Below are positions 10,449-19,270 of a DNA stretch of 64,000 nt, piece by piece. The stretch comes from Gemmatimonadales bacterium (GTDB lineage Bacteria > Gemmatimonadota > Gemmatimonadetes > Gemmatimonadales > GWC2-71-9): assembly GCA_036558345.1 (NCBI GenBank), contig DATBFV010000157.1:321-64320 (forward strand). The letters run 5' to 3'. Made by a program: the position numbers and the translations under genes. A model generated the notes under the pieces. It was not told the origin of the DNA. It was given only the letters and a program-made list of their open reading frames with translations, and made no database searches. Position 1 is the first letter of the stretch, and each line of letters starts with the position of its first letter.

Positions 10449-11486
10449 TCAAGCCCGGGCCTCGCCCGGGCTTTTCGTTTTCGACACCGTACGAATGATT
10501 GCGGTGCGCGTGTCGTATGGCGGCGTCCAACCCAGCTCGTCGCGGATTCGATCGATTGAGTACGGATTCTCACCCAAAATGAACGACATCGCGGCGTTGC
10601 CGAGCGCCGTGTAGCGGCCCGGCATCAGCAACCGCATGGCCAGACCCCAGGCTCGCACTCCCGCGCGAATCAACGGCACGGGAATTCGCACGCGGATGGG
10701 GCGCACGCCGAGCGCTTCCGCGAATGCCGCGAAGAAGTCGCGCTGGATGAGCTGCGGCCGCGCATCCTGCGTGACGTTGTAGGCGCGAAATCCCGGGCGG
10801 GTTGGTGAGTCGAGCGCAGCGACAATCGCCGACGCCACATTCCCGGCGTAGACGCACGACAGGTGATTTGTCCCCGGGCCGATTTGCGGCAGGACGCGTC
10901 GCTTGATATTGGCGATGAGGCGACGCGTGAACAACAAATCGCGCTCGCCGTAGATGACGTTGGGGCGGATCGCGACGACGGAGAGACCGCCCCGCACAGC
11001 CTCCTGCTGGACCAGCTGCTCAGCTGCGCGTTTGCTGCGGGCATAGTAGTCCCGTTCAGGCAGCGGCTGGAATGGATAGTCCTCGGTTACCGCCTGGGCG
11101 CCGGCCTGATAGACGGCGGTGCGCCCGTAGACGGCCACGGTCGAGACGTGAATCAGACGCGCGCCGCTCCGCCGCGCGGCGTCGAGCGCGAGACGCGTGC
11201 CACCGACATTGACCCGCGTGAACTCTTCGTACGAGTCGTGCGACGCGACGAGCGCAGCGGCGTGGATGATGGCGCGTACACCCTGCGCCGCGCGCTGCCA
11301 CGTGATGGCGTCGGTGACGTCACCAATGAACGGCTCCGCGCCGAGCGACTCGACTAACGCGCGCGAGTGCTCGCGCACGAGAGCCCGCGGAGAGGGCCGC
11401 TCCCCCCGCGCGCGCAAGGCCTCGAGCACGTGCGTGCCGACGAGGCCGCCGGCGCCCGTCACGAGGATGGGGAGGGAAGCCGTCAC
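10449..11486 (-). CDS. NAD-dependent epimerase/dehydratase (extended SDR)
   Basis: GTG at 11486 overlaps the upstream TGA (GTGA). Has ILVTGAGGLVG Rossmann motif and YARSKRAAE (YxxxK). Confidence 0.8.
   Translation of the reverse strand: MTASLPILVTGAGGLVGTHVLEALRARGERPSPRALVREHSRALVESLGAEPFIGDVTDAITWQRAAQGVRAIIHAAALVASHDSYEEFTRVNVGGTRLALDAARRSGARLIHVSTVAVYGRTAVYQAGAQAVTEDYPFQPLPERDYYARSKRAAEQLVQQEAVRGGLSVVAIRPNVIYGERDLLFTRRLIANIKRRVLPQIGPGTNHLSCVYAGNVASAIVAALDSPTRPGFRAYNVTQDARPQLIQRDFFAAFAEALGVRPIRVRIPVPLIRAGVRAWGLAMRLLMPGRYTALGNAAMSFILGENPYSIDRIRDELGWTPPYDTRTAIIRTVSKTKSPGEARA
10451..10482 (+). terminator. rho-independent terminator of the lipoprotein gene
   Basis: Hairpin AAGCCCGGGC-CTC-GCCCGGGCTT (10451-10473) followed by TTCGTTTTC. 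It lies inside the 3' end of the convergent epimerase gene. Confidence 0.6.
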
Positions 11487-12556
11487 GCCGGTGTGACGCG
11501 CGGAGCATCGAACGGCAGGTCGGTGACGCGCGCCTCTCGGCCCGCGGCGCGGACCGTGGCGCCGATTTCGACCTCGCGACGCAGCATCGCGAGTCCGATC
11601 CAGCGGCCGAGCACCGAGCCACCGCCATCGGGTAGCCAGGCGATGCTGGTGACGCGGCCGACGTCCCGTTCCTCGTGCGTGACGGCGCTCCAGCCCGTGG
11701 CAGGCGCAGCAGGAGGATCGGCCTCGAACAAGAGGCCACGCAGCTGACGGTTGGCATGACCGCGGAAGTGCAGGCGGCTCACCGTTTCCTGACCCGTATA
11801 GCAGCCCTTCGTGTACGACACACCGCCGATTTCGTCGAATCGCACTTCCTGCGGGATCGTCTTCTCGTCCACCTCGGACGCGAGCCGCGGCCAACCGGCG
11901 AGCATGCGCGCGAGCTCCAGGGCCTCACTGCTTGCCGCGTGCGCCCCGGCGCCGATCAACCGGTTCTTGATGGCATCGAGCTGATCTCTGGCCGTCGTGA
12001 CCTGAAAAACAAACGGAGCGACATCACTCGTGCGCGCGACTTCGACAGGCACCCCCGCGACAACGCCGTCTACGGCGTGGTTGGACACGTGTGGGACCGG
12101 TAATCCTGTCGCGCCCACGACAGCGACCGCATGCGCCCCGGCAACGCGCATGACCGCCAACTCGCTGGTTCGATCGACAGACCGTGCGAGCCGGGGCGGG
12201 ACCGATCGCTGCAGGATCAGCAATGCCCGCTCTCGGCCTTCCATGGCGACGCTGAACCGCACGCGCGACCCCAGCCGTGCCGCCCAGCCGTCGACGACGA
12301 TCATCCCCTTGGGCGTGAGCAGCGCGCCGTATACGAAGGCCCCATCGCCCGCCTTTTCGATGTCGTTCGTCAGCAATCCCTGGAAGCACGTGATCGCGCC
12401 AGGACCGCCGGAGGGGTCGGTGAGATCGAGGACGCCGACGTCGGCAGGAGCGACGATCGCTCCTGCCCGCAGCCGGTCGACGACTTCGGCAGGGACAGCG
12501 TCGCGCTCCAGGCGCGTCACCGTAGGTGGCGGAGCGGTTGGAAAAACGTCGCTCAC
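11483..12556 (-). CDS. ygfZ: folate-binding YgfZ / GcvT-family protein
   Basis: KGCYTGQETVSR signature of the YgfZ family. GTG at 12556 overlaps the upstream TGA. Confidence 0.7.
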   Translation of the reverse strand: MSDVFPTAPPPTVTRLERDAVPAEVVDRLRAGAIVAPADVGVLDLTDPSGGPGAITCFQGLLTNDIEKAGDGAFVYGALLTPKGMIVVDGWAARLGSRVRFSVAMEGRERALLILQRSVPPRLARSVDRTSELAVMRVAGAHAVAVVGATGLPVPHVSNHAVDGVVAGVPVEVARTSDVAPFVFQVTTARDQLDAIKNRLIGAGAHAASSEALELARMLAGWPRLASEVDEKTIPQEVRFDEIGGVSYTKGCYTGQETVSRLHFRGHANRQLRGLLFEADPPAAPATGWSAVTHEERDVGRVTSIAWLPDGGGSVLGRWIGLAMLRREVEIGATVRAAGREARVTDLPFDAPRVTPA

Positions 12557-13224
12557 AACGTGGCGAGCTCGCTTGCGGAATGTCCGACGAACGAATCCCA
12601 GACGCGCGCCGCGCCGCGGCCTTCCAGCGTCGGAGCTGGGTGGCTCGTCGCCAGCATGACGCACGGCATCCCCGCCGCCCGCGCCGCCGCGAGCCCTGGG
12701 AACGAATCTTCGATGACGACGCAGCCTCCGGCGGCGATCGGCTCGTTACGGCTGAACAACTCTTGGGCGGCAAGGTACGACGCGGGATGGGGTTTGCTCA
12801 TGGAGACGTCGTCTGCGGCGACAATAACTTCGAATCGATCCGCGAAGCCCGTCTGGCCCAGCACGTGATCGATCTCGCGTCGCAGCGCGCCCGACACGAT
12901 GCCCAGGCGGAAGCGCTTCGCCGCGTCGTGCACGAACTCGGTGGCCCCCGGGACCATCCGCAACGATGTCGCCACGAGCTTCAGATACACCTGCGATTTT
13001 CTCGCGACGAGAACCTTGAGCAGCTCGGTCGTCAGCGTACGCTGTGCCCGCCGATACGCCTCGACGAATCCGGTGCGGTCGTCCAGGCCGAGGTAATGCG
13101 CATAGTAGTCCTCGCGCGTGACCTCGATGCCTTCGTCCGCGAGCACTCTTCGTAATGCTTCGCAATGCTGCGCCTCGTCATCGACCAGCACGCCGTTGAA
13201 GTCGAACAACACCGCTTCAGTCAC
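12553..13224 (-). CDS. HAD-IA hydrolase (beta-phosphoglucomutase / phosphoglycolate-phosphatase-like)
   Basis: VLFDFNGVLVDDE motif I. GTG at 13224 is preceded by AAGGAG and overlaps the upstream TGA. Confidence 0.8.
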   Translation of the reverse strand: MTEAVLFDFNGVLVDDEAQHCEALRRVLADEGIEVTREDYYAHYLGLDDRTGFVEAYRRAQRTLTTELLKVLVARKSQVYLKLVATSLRMVPGATEFVHDAAKRFRLGIVSGALRREIDHVLGQTGFADRFEVIVAADDVSMSKPHPASYLAAQELFSRNEPIAAGGCVVIEDSFPGLAAARAAGMPCVMLATSHPAPTLEGRGAARVWDSFVGHSASELATL

Positions 13225-14123
13225 AGCGTCTCCTTGAGCCAGGCGAGGATGGTTGGCCAGCATTCAGTGCGTGCGCGCGGGCTCACCACGAGGCCGCGGT
13301 GCGACAGGCCGCGTGAGATCGCGAGTGACTTCCGCGTCGACCCGATGCGATCGACCACCTGGCGGCACGCGCGCGGCGGCGCAAACAGCCAGTCGGAGCC
13401 TCCGGCGACGCCGAGGTACGGCGTCGTGAGCGCCGCAAGACCGGCAAAGTAGTCGAAGCCGTCGACCCCCATCCACTTTCCGCGCACGTTCCACTCCATC
13501 CACGCCCCGATGATCTCGGCCGCCTCATCCTCGTTGCCGATTCGGAACCGGCGGGCGGGGAAGTGGCCGAGCGCCCGTGACAGCGCCATCGTGGCCGCCG
13601 CGGCCGCGCGCCGCACCGGTCCGACGCGGCGCGGTCCGGGAGTGCCGAGCGTCACGATCCCTCCAATCGGCGCTGCGGCAGCGACGCGCGCCAGCCAGCA
13701 TAAGCCGGCGGCGCCTCCAGCCGAATGTCCGATCCACGCAAGCGGCGCGCCGTCCGTCTCTTCGCGTACGCGTGCGACGAGCGTCGGGGTATCGTGCAGC
13801 ACCCAGTCCTCGAACGTCCAGGCACCTTGTCGCGGTTCGCGCGCGCTGTCGCCGTGATGACGCAAATCCGCGAGCCAGACATCCAAACCAGCGGCGCCGA
13901 GAAAGTGCGCCAGTCCGCCGCCGCCGCTCCCGTCGCCCCCCTCCCCCCCTTCCCCCCCTTCTCCCCCCTCTCCCCCCTCGGGAGAATGCAGCCAGAATCG
14001 ATGGTTGGTGAAGGCTCCGTGCACCAGCAGGACGGCGGGGCGGCCGTCCCGATGGGCGCGCAGACGGTGCAGCGCCAACTCCACGCCGTCAGGGGTCGTG
14101 ACGCGGCGCGCGCCTCCCGTCAT
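13221..14123 (-). CDS. alpha/beta hydrolase with an internal (EGG)5 low-complexity insert
   Basis: LLVHGAF (HG oxyanion region) and GHSAGG nucleophile elbow. ATG at 14123 overlaps the glcF stop (ATGA). Confidence 0.75.
   Translation of the reverse strand: MTGGARRVTTPDGVELALHRLRAHRDGRPAVLLVHGAFTNHRFWLHSPEGGEGGEGGEGGEGGDGSGGGGLAHFLGAAGLDVWLADLRHHGDSAREPRQGAWTFEDWVLHDTPTLVARVREETDGAPLAWIGHSAGGAAGLCWLARVAAAAPIGGIVTLGTPGPRRVGPVRRAAAAATMALSRALGHFPARRFRIGNEDEAAEIIGAWMEWNVRGKWMGVDGFDYFAGLAALTTPYLGVAGGSDWLFAPPRACRQVVDRIGSTRKSLAISRGLSHRGLVVSPRARTECWPTILAWLKETL
13936..13977 (-). repeat. 9-bp tandem repeat (GAR-GGG-GGN)x5; five G6-7 tracts on the coding strand
   Basis: Plus strand shows C-runs at 13936-41, 13943-49, 13952-58, 13963-68 and 13972-77, separated by 1-4 nt. 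Encodes EGGEGGEGGEGGEGG. Confidence 0.9.
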
Positions 14124-15367
14124 TCGTACCGGCCAGCGGCTCTGTAGGAGTCGTCGAGGAGTTCGACGGGATGGCGCACCTGCGCGCGAATTCCCGCGGC
14201 GGCGAGTCCGGCGCCGAGCTGCATCAGACAACCGGGATTACCGGTCGCGACGACCTGTGGCGCCGCTTGTCGCAAATACTCCAGTTTGGTCTTGAGCACG
14301 GCGCGCGACATCTCGGGCTCGAGCATGGTGTATAGTCCGGCACTGCCACAACACTCCGCGGCGCCTTGGACGGGCACGAGCTCGAGGAGCGGAATCGCCG
14401 CGAACAGCTTGAGCGGCTGGACGCTGATGCGTTGCGCGTGGAGCAAGTGACAGGGTGGATCGTAGGCCACGTGGAGATCGAGCGGAGCACCGGCGATCGG
14501 CCCCTTGTCGCCGTTTCCGCGCGGGGCGAGGAGTTCGGTAACGTCGCGCACACGCGCCCCGAACCGTGCTGCCCGCTCGTCGCCCACCAGATGGCCGTAC
14601 TCCTTCATCAGGGCACCGCATCCCGCGCTGTTCACAACGATGGACTCGCTGCCATCTCCAAAAGCCTGGATGTTCGTGCGAGCAAGGACCCGCGCTTCGT
14701 CGAGGAGTCCGGCGTGCGCGTGGAGTGCACCGCAACAGACCTGACCGGCCGGCGCCTGGACCTGGTACCCGTTCACCTCGAGGACCCGCTTGGTCGCATC
14801 GTGCACGTGGGAGAACAGGCCGTCTTGGACGCAACCGCGGAACAAGAGGGCGGCAACTGGCGGCAACGGGCGGTAATGGTCTCCCGTTGTCGCCTTTTGC
14901 CGCCTTTTGCCGCCCTTTGGTTTTGTCGCTGCCAGCATCCCCATCGCAAACCGAATCCGTCCCCATCCAGCGATTCCCCGTGGGAGCACAGTTCTCAGTA
15001 GCCGGGCCAGCCCGTACACCACTCCGCGCACTCCCGGCGTCGTCAGCGCCCACAACGCGAGCCGCGTGAGCCAGATAGCTCCTCGTACCGCGTTGATGCG
15101 GCTGCGCGCGGCCTCGAGCCCGCGTCCATATTGCACGCCCGAGGGGCAGACCGGCTCGCACGCGCGGCAGCCGAGGCAACGATCGAGATGATAGATGAGC
15201 GCCGGATCCGTCTCCGCGAGCTCGCCGCGCTCGAGCGCTCGCATGAGCTCGATGCGGCCGCGAGGCGAGTCGGCTTCATCTCCGGTGGCGAGGAACGTCG
15301 GACAAGCTTGAAGACAAAACCCACAGTGCACGCACGCGTCCAGCCCTTCAAAACCTCCTCGTGTCAT
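14120..15367 (-). CDS. glcF: glycolate oxidase iron-sulfur subunit
   Basis: Two ferredoxin-type clusters (CVHCGFCLQACP and CLGCRACEPVCP) plus C-terminal CCG-type repeats. ATGA overlap with glcE. Confidence 0.85.
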   Translation of the reverse strand: MTRGGFEGLDACVHCGFCLQACPTFLATGDEADSPRGRIELMRALERGELAETDPALIYHLDRCLGCRACEPVCPSGVQYGRGLEAARSRINAVRGAIWLTRLALWALTTPGVRGVVYGLARLLRTVLPRGIAGWGRIRFAMGMLAATKPKGGKRRQKATTGDHYRPLPPVAALLFRGCVQDGLFSHVHDATKRVLEVNGYQVQAPAGQVCCGALHAHAGLLDEARVLARTNIQAFGDGSESIVVNSAGCGALMKEYGHLVGDERAARFGARVRDVTELLAPRGNGDKGPIAGAPLDLHVAYDPPCHLLHAQRISVQPLKLFAAIPLLELVPVQGAAECCGSAGLYTMLEPEMSRAVLKTKLEYLRQAAPQVVATGNPGCLMQLGAGLAAAGIRAQVRHPVELLDDSYRAAGRYE

Positions 15368-16572
15368 GTGCCTTCTGTGGCGACTACCAGTGCACCGCCG
15401 GGATCGAATGTGCGGCGCAAGCCGGCTACAAGGGGACCGACACCCTCCCGGTACGCGCCGAAGTGGCCGACGGCACTCCGGACCGGCCACGGCGCACGCT
15501 CGAGCGTGAGCGGCACCTCCAGCCCCGCAAGCGTGCGGCGCAGCCGCTGCAGGCGATCGATACTCGCGTCGCCGGTCCATCGAATCGCGCCGGCAGCGGG
15601 CGATGCGGAGATCCATTCGTCGCCGAGCTGATGCTGGAGCAGATCGAGCAGCTCATCGCTCGCGGTGGGCACGCCGCCGATGCGGAAGGTCACAGGCCGG
15701 ACGGCGAAGCCCTCCGCCAACCGCATCCAGAAGGCATGCGCTTCCTCGGCGCGCAGCGGCGTGAAGCGGCCGCCACCGCTCGCGGCCCCGAGTCCCGTCT
15801 CGTCCGCGGCGACCAGCGCTGGCGATCCCGCGAGGCGCACGGCAAGGACCCAACCCTCGCGCCGTGCGAGCGCCGGGGAGACGAGCTCCAGCGCGGCCGG
15901 GGTGAGAGCCGCCGCGGCGATGTCCTCGCCGACTTGGGTGAGATCTTCGCGCGCGCCCTCGAGCACGTACGTGACGTCTGCGCGCGGCAGTGCGCGCAGG
16001 CGCAGATGCACGAGGACAATCACGCCGAACGCTCCGAAGCCCCCCGCCTGCAATCGGGTGAGGTCGTAGCCGGCGACGTTCTTCATGACCCGCCCGCCAC
16101 TTTGAACCATGCGACCATCACCGGTCACGAAGGTGACGCCGAGCAGATGATCCTTGATGGGTCCGTAGCCGTGCCGCAGCGGGCCGGCGGTCGCGGTCGA
16201 GACGACGGAGCCAAGAGAGCGGCCCGCGAGTCCTGGAGGGTCGATCGCGAGCCACGCCCCGCGGTCGGCGAGCTGCTGCCGCAATTGGTCGAGCCCGATA
16301 CCTGCTTCGGCGGTGGCGGTGAGATCGGAAGGCTCGATCGCGGGAACGCGATCAAGTCGACGGGTCGTCAGCGCGAGATCAGCCGGAGCATCGCTTTGCA
16401 GCCAGGTGCCCGCGCCTTCGATCCGCACGCGCCAACCTTCCTGGTGCGCCGTGCCAAGCAGCAAGGCGACGGCGTCGGGAGATCCGGGGGCGACGCGCGG
16501 CACGCGGTCGGCGGCGGCTTCCAACACTGCGCCCTCGCCGAGCAGTGCGGTGACTTTCTCGAGAATCGTCAC
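15364..16572 (-). CDS. glcE: glycolate oxidase FAD-binding subunit
   Basis: FAD-binding PCMH-type domain between glcD and glcF. GTG at 16572 overlaps the glcD TGA. Confidence 0.8.
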   Translation of the reverse strand: MTILEKVTALLGEGAVLEAAADRVPRVAPGSPDAVALLLGTAHQEGWRVRIEGAGTWLQSDAPADLALTTRRLDRVPAIEPSDLTATAEAGIGLDQLRQQLADRGAWLAIDPPGLAGRSLGSVVSTATAGPLRHGYGPIKDHLLGVTFVTGDGRMVQSGGRVMKNVAGYDLTRLQAGGFGAFGVIVLVHLRLRALPRADVTYVLEGAREDLTQVGEDIAAAALTPAALELVSPALARREGWVLAVRLAGSPALVAADETGLGAASGGGRFTPLRAEEAHAFWMRLAEGFAVRPVTFRIGGVPTASDELLDLLQHQLGDEWISASPAAGAIRWTGDASIDRLQRLRRTLAGLEVPLTLERAPWPVRSAVGHFGAYREGVGPLVAGLRRTFDPGGALVVATEGT

Positions 16573-18011
16573 GATGCCCGTGCCATCAGCTGACCCCGGG
16601 GGCGGGGCGCCGCCGCAGTCCACTCGCGGCATGCGTGTACGGGTACGACTTTCCCGGGATTCACGCGCTCCTCGGGATCGAATACCCGACGCACGGCTTG
16701 CATGGCACCCAGCGACTCGGCATCGAAGATCAACGGCATATACCGCAACTTGTCGATCCCCACGCCATGCTCGCCAGTGATGGTCCCACCGGCGTCGATA
16801 CACACCTGCATGATCTGGGCGCTGGCGGCTTCAACTCGCTCCTTGAGCGCGGGGTCGGTCGCGTCGAACGAGATGTTGGGATGGAGGTTGCCGTCGCCCG
16901 CGTGAAAGACGTTGCTGACGACCAGGCCGTAGTTCTGCGCGATTGAGCAGATCGTTTCGAGCACGCGCGGGAGCGCAGAGCGCGGCACGACGGCATCCTG
17001 GACCACGAGGTCGCGCGACAGCCGTCCCATGGCGCCGAATGCCTTTTTTCGACCTTGCCAGAGCCGTTCGCGCTCGGCCTCCGAGGCCGCCGAGCGTACC
17101 GATCGCGCGCCGGATTGGCGCAACAGCTCCGTTACTGCATCCGTCTCGGCGACCACGCCGTCGGTGTTTCGGCCGTCGATCTCCACGAGCAGGATCGCGG
17201 CGGCATCGCGCGGATATCCGGCGGCATAGACCGAATCCTCGACGGCACGGATGCACGATTGATCCATCATCTCGAGCGCCGCGGGCACGATCCCGCCGGC
17301 GATGATCGACGAGACCGCTTCGCTGGCCGCGCGGATGCTGGTGAAGTCGGCGAGCAGGGTGCGGATGGCGCGGGGCAGGGGCGTGAGGCGCACGGTGATC
17401 TTCGTGGCGACGCCGAAATTCCCCTCCGACCCGACGAAGAGACCGACCAGATCGGGTCCCCACGGCTCGCCACTCGGACTGCCGAGCTCGACGAGTGAGC
17501 CGTCAGCGAGCAGGACCTCGAGCGCGAGAATGTGATTCGCGGTGACCCCGTACTTGAGGCAATGCGGGCCACCTGCATTCTCGGCCACATTGCCGCCCAC
17601 CGTGCACGCGGTCTGACTCGATGGATCGGGTGCGTACTGGAGACCGTGCGGTTTCGCCGCCGCGCCGAGTTTCGCATTGACGACACCGGGCTCGACGACT
17701 GCGCGCCGATTGGCGTTCTCGATCTGCAGAATTCGATTGAGCCGCGTGAGCACGAGCAGCACCGCGCCTTCATCGGCGAGCGCGCCGCCCGACAATCCCG
17801 TTCCCGCACCGCGCGGCACGAACGGCAATCCCAGCGCGGCGAGCAGTCGCACGACTGCGATGAGCTCTTCACGCGTGCCGGGGAGAACAACGAGATCGGG
17901 AACTCGGCGGTGCGTCGGCAAGCCATCCATCGAGTACGTGACTCGCTCGGCTCGCGAGTCCCGCACGTGCTTTTCGCCGACAATCGCCGCCAGGTCTTGA
18001 GCGAGGCTCAT
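16569..18011 (-). CDS. glcD: glycolate oxidase subunit GlcD (FAD-linked oxidase)
   Basis: 480 aa. Has PRGAGTGLSGGA FAD-binding motif and typical GlcD length and order. Confidence 0.9.
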   Translation of the reverse strand: MSLAQDLAAIVGEKHVRDSRAERVTYSMDGLPTHRRVPDLVVLPGTREELIAVVRLLAALGLPFVPRGAGTGLSGGALADEGAVLLVLTRLNRILQIENANRRAVVEPGVVNAKLGAAAKPHGLQYAPDPSSQTACTVGGNVAENAGGPHCLKYGVTANHILALEVLLADGSLVELGSPSGEPWGPDLVGLFVGSEGNFGVATKITVRLTPLPRAIRTLLADFTSIRAASEAVSSIIAGGIVPAALEMMDQSCIRAVEDSVYAAGYPRDAAAILLVEIDGRNTDGVVAETDAVTELLRQSGARSVRSAASEAERERLWQGRKKAFGAMGRLSRDLVVQDAVVPRSALPRVLETICSIAQNYGLVVSNVFHAGDGNLHPNISFDATDPALKERVEAASAQIMQVCIDAGGTITGEHGVGIDKLRYMPLIFDAESLGAMQAVRRVFDPEERVNPGKVVPVHACREWTAAAPRPRGQLMARAS

Positions 18012-18022
18012 ACTATATAGTA
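18011..18022. repeat. perfect 12-bp palindrome TACTATATAGTA abutting the glcD ATG
   Basis: Read directly from the sequence. The last A of the palindrome (minus-strand reading) is the A of the glcD ATG. No Shine-Dalgarno is visible. Confidence 0.5.
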
Positions 18023-18036
18023 GCCCACAAATGAAG

Positions 18037-18067
18037 AGGGGCCAGGAATTCTGCTTTCCTGGCCCCT
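18037..18067 (-). terminator. likely intrinsic terminator of the sigma-factor gene
   Basis: 11-bp GC-rich stem AGGGGCCAGGA/TCCTGGCCCCT with a 9-nt loop. Followed on the minus strand by CTTCATTTGTG, about 30 nt after the rpoD stop. Confidence 0.55.
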
Positions 18068-18098
18068 TAGACCACGTATCGGCTCGGCGGCTAGGCGC

Positions 18099-18992
18099 TC
18101 AGGCGGCTCTCCAAAATCCCTTGAGCGCTTTGCCGTCCGGCGATTCACGGAGCTTCTCGAAGGCGCGCTCTCTAATCTGGCGGATGCGCTCACGCGTAAC
18201 TCCCATCAGCGCGCCGATCTTCTCGAGGGTCATCGCCTCGCTGCCCTCTTCTAGTCCGTAATACAGGTACAGAATCTTGCGCTCGCGCGGCGTGAGATAC
18301 TTCTGGAAGATCCGGTCGATGAATTCGCGCATCAACTTGCCGTCGGTGCGCTCTTCGATCTCACCGCCCTCTTGCCCCGCGAAGCGCTCGCCGAGCGTCG
18401 CCGCGTCCTTGTCGGTGCGGTCGACCGGTGCGTCGAGCGACAGCTCCGCCGCCGTCATGCGACGCGCGGTGCGGACGTTCTCGACGGAGTCTTCGAGGGC
18501 CTGGGCGATTTCGTTGTCGGTGGGTTCGCGACCGAGCTCTTGCGAGAGGTACGTCTCGGTGCGGCTCATGCGGATCAGCTGCGAGTTTTGATTCAGCGGA
18601 ATGCGAACGCTGCGCGTCTGCTCGGCCAGCGCTTTCAGCACCGCCTGGCGCACCCACCACACCGCGTAGGAAATGAATTTGACGCCTTGATCGGGATCGA
18701 ACTTCTTGACCGCTTTGAGCAGACCTTCGTTACCAATGGCGACGAGCTCGGAGAGATCGAGTCCGTGGCCCTGATATTTTTTTACGTAGGAGATGACGAA
18801 TCGGAGGTTGGCTGTTACCAAACGCTCGGCGGCTTTTTCATCGCCTCGCTGCACCCGACGCGCGAGACGACGTTCTTCAGCTGGATCTTTGATGAGGGGG
18901 AGTTTTTGTATGTCCTGCAGGTATTGGTCGAATGCTCCGGAAGGGGTGGTGCGGAAAAAAGCCTTCGCCTTGCCGCCATTCGACCTCGCCAT
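18099..18992 (-). CDS. rpoD: RNA polymerase sigma-70 factor, RpoD-like, short form (297 aa, no region 1.1)
   Basis: ATG at 18992 preceded by AAGGGGAG. Region 2 is LVTANLRFVISYVKKY...GNEGLLKAVKKFD...FISYAVWWVRQA and region 4 is TLEKIGALMGVTRERIRQI. Confidence 0.9.
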   Translation of the reverse strand: MARSNGGKAKAFFRTTPSGAFDQYLQDIQKLPLIKDPAEERRLARRVQRGDEKAAERLVTANLRFVISYVKKYQGHGLDLSELVAIGNEGLLKAVKKFDPDQGVKFISYAVWWVRQAVLKALAEQTRSVRIPLNQNSQLIRMSRTETYLSQELGREPTDNEIAQALEDSVENVRTARRMTAAELSLDAPVDRTDKDAATLGERFAGQEGGEIEERTDGKLMREFIDRIFQKYLTPRERKILYLYYGLEEGSEAMTLEKIGALMGVTRERIRQIRERAFEKLRESPDGKALKGFWRAA

Positions 18993-19071
18993 GCGCGACT
19001 CCCCTTGAAACGCGAGTTGGGTGTTGATATGGCTGCTAGGACCGCCATTAAGGCGACCTAAATCACGTGGC

Positions 19072-19100
19072 AATATAGGTTTTCCTGCCAATACGTGCAA
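19072..19100 (-). promoter_or_regulatory. candidate sigma-70 promoter of rpoD
   Basis: Minus-strand TTGCAC (19100-19095), 17-nt spacer, TATATT (19077-19072), about 80 nt upstream of the ATG. Confidence 0.35.
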
Positions 19101-19270
19101 ATGCACGCAGTTTTCCACATCACAAATTATTGGCTTTGTAGGGATTCCCCCGGTTGTCCACTATCCACACAACCTGTGGAAAACAGAGCCTCGCAAGGGA
19201 TAACCGCATGCCTGTCAACTCAATCCGAGGGATGAGTTTTGCCGTGTGGAGAGGTGGAAAGGAATGTGGG

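Noticed and set aside
19095-19106. GTGCA-AA-TGCAC inverted repeat overlapping the proposed rpoD -35 box, considered as a possible operator.
   Set aside because: Only 5-bp arms, which are easily expected by chance, and there is no second copy or associated regulator.
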